IMG/VR virus record: IMGVR_UViG_3300032229_000533
Coordinates: 96,001-160,000 of that record
DNA: 64,000 nucleotides
Direction: 5' to 3' (one strand)
Source of the DNA: a virus
Shown here: one piece after another, positions 63,262 to 64,000 of the stretch
Layout of the letters: the number at the start of each line of letters is the position of its first letter
Position numbering within the stretch: the first letter of the stretch is position 1
Program-made: the position numbers and the translations under genes
The notes under the pieces: generated by a model
What the model was told of the DNA's origin: nothing
Databases searched by the model: none
What the model saw: the letters and a program-made list of their open reading frames with translations, nothing else

Positions 63262-63510
63262 TTACCAAATTTGGTTCGCACTACCTCTAGTTAATCCTGT
63301 CTCCCATTTTTCACCGCCTTTACCTAACATATTAGCTTTACCTCTTTTTGTTTGATATGAATCTGACCATTTAGGAACACTACCTCCACCTCCTCCTGAT
63401 GATGGTGATGATGGTGCCGCTGCGGCTTCTTGTTCTCCCATTTCTTCTTTAGAATCCTTACCTGAATACTTGTTGAAGAAGTCTATTAAAAAATCTACGT
63501 CTAAATTCAT
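63262..63510 (-). CDS. hypothetical protein
   Basis: 82-aa ORF; TKRGKANML..WETGLTRGSAN; late motif upstream. Confidence 0.6.
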   Translation of the reverse strand: MNLDVDFLIDFFNKYSGKDSKEEMGEQEAAAAPSSPSSGGGGGSVPKWSDSYQTKRGKANMLGKGGEKWETGLTRGSANQIW

Positions 63511-63557
63511 AGTAATAAATATTTTTGTTATTAGAAAAAATTTATTATATTTGCCCT

Positions 63558-64000
63558 ATGGGAAAATTATATCTTATATTAGTTTTATTCTTACTGACAT
63601 CTTGTGAAAAGTTTGTACTTGAAACAAGTGATGTGACTTTAAGCGGTAAGTATGTTGTGTCAAAGTTGGACATTACTAGTGTTGACCAAAATACAAGTTA
63701 TGATTCGTTATATACTGTTGGGGATACGTATGTTAATCCTATATTACCTGACCCAATAGACTCAATTGTAGTTAATAGGTTTTATTTACACTTTGATTAT
63801 TCAACTGTTAGAATGAATCAGTTAGGTGTTAATCCTACAGGTAGAGACCTTTGGCAATATGGTTCATCACCAAATGAAATATTCTACAGAATATTATCTA
63901 ACAATTCTTATAATAGAGGGTTTTTACAATTTGATTACGTTACTGTAGATGGTTCAGCAAGGACCCTAACCTTTTTAATTGAAGATGATGGGTTTGAATC
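63558..64000 (+). CDS. putative lipoprotein (truncated by window end)
   Basis: MGKLYLILVLFLLTSCEK lipobox; TATATTTG upstream. Confidence 0.6.
   Translation, partial: MGKLYLILVLFLLTSCEKFVLETSDVTLSGKYVVSKLDITSVDQNTSYDSLYTVGDTYVNPILPDPIDSIVVNRFYLHFDYSTVRMNQLGVNPTGRDLWQYGSSPNEIFYRILSNNSYNRGFLQFDYVTVDGSARTLTFLIEDDGFE

Noticed and set aside
1-64000. Stop-codon reassignment (common in some jumbo phages)
   Set aside because: Core genes are intact in the standard code, TAA, TAG and TGA all terminate ORFs, and no CTA/TCA suppressor tRNA was found.

Overview
This is a 64 kb segment of an AT-rich jumbo dsDNA phage with a T4-like head module: gp17 terminase, gp20 portal, gp21 protease, scaffold and gp23 major capsid, plus a gp5-like baseplate protein. 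The host is very probably a Bacteroidetes bacterium: TAnnTTTG promoter elements precede many genes, a Bacteroidetes-type bS21 is encoded, Shine-Dalgarno sites are not evident, and there are lipoproteins with D-S/T-x motifs. The window also holds a sugar-modification cluster, PhoH, a sigma-like late factor, a ClpC-like ATPase with a UVR protein and ClpP, MgsA, a carbamoyltransferase, three HNH nucleases and a tmRNA with an unusual tag. A minus-strand array (43.6-54.6 kb) has 25 canonical tRNAs covering all 20 amino acids. The least explained signal is non-coding. Two sub-operons of the tRNA array, and an HNH gene, are preceded by short leader-peptide ORFs coupled to terminators with candidate antiterminator pairings. 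The two tRNA units also carry rRNA-type boxA elements. Interleaved with the tRNAs are two aberrant tRNA-like RNAs and six structured non-tRNA modules. All calls are manual motif recognition and base-pair inspection; no database searches or folding programs were run, so coordinates of non-coding elements may be off by a few nt.
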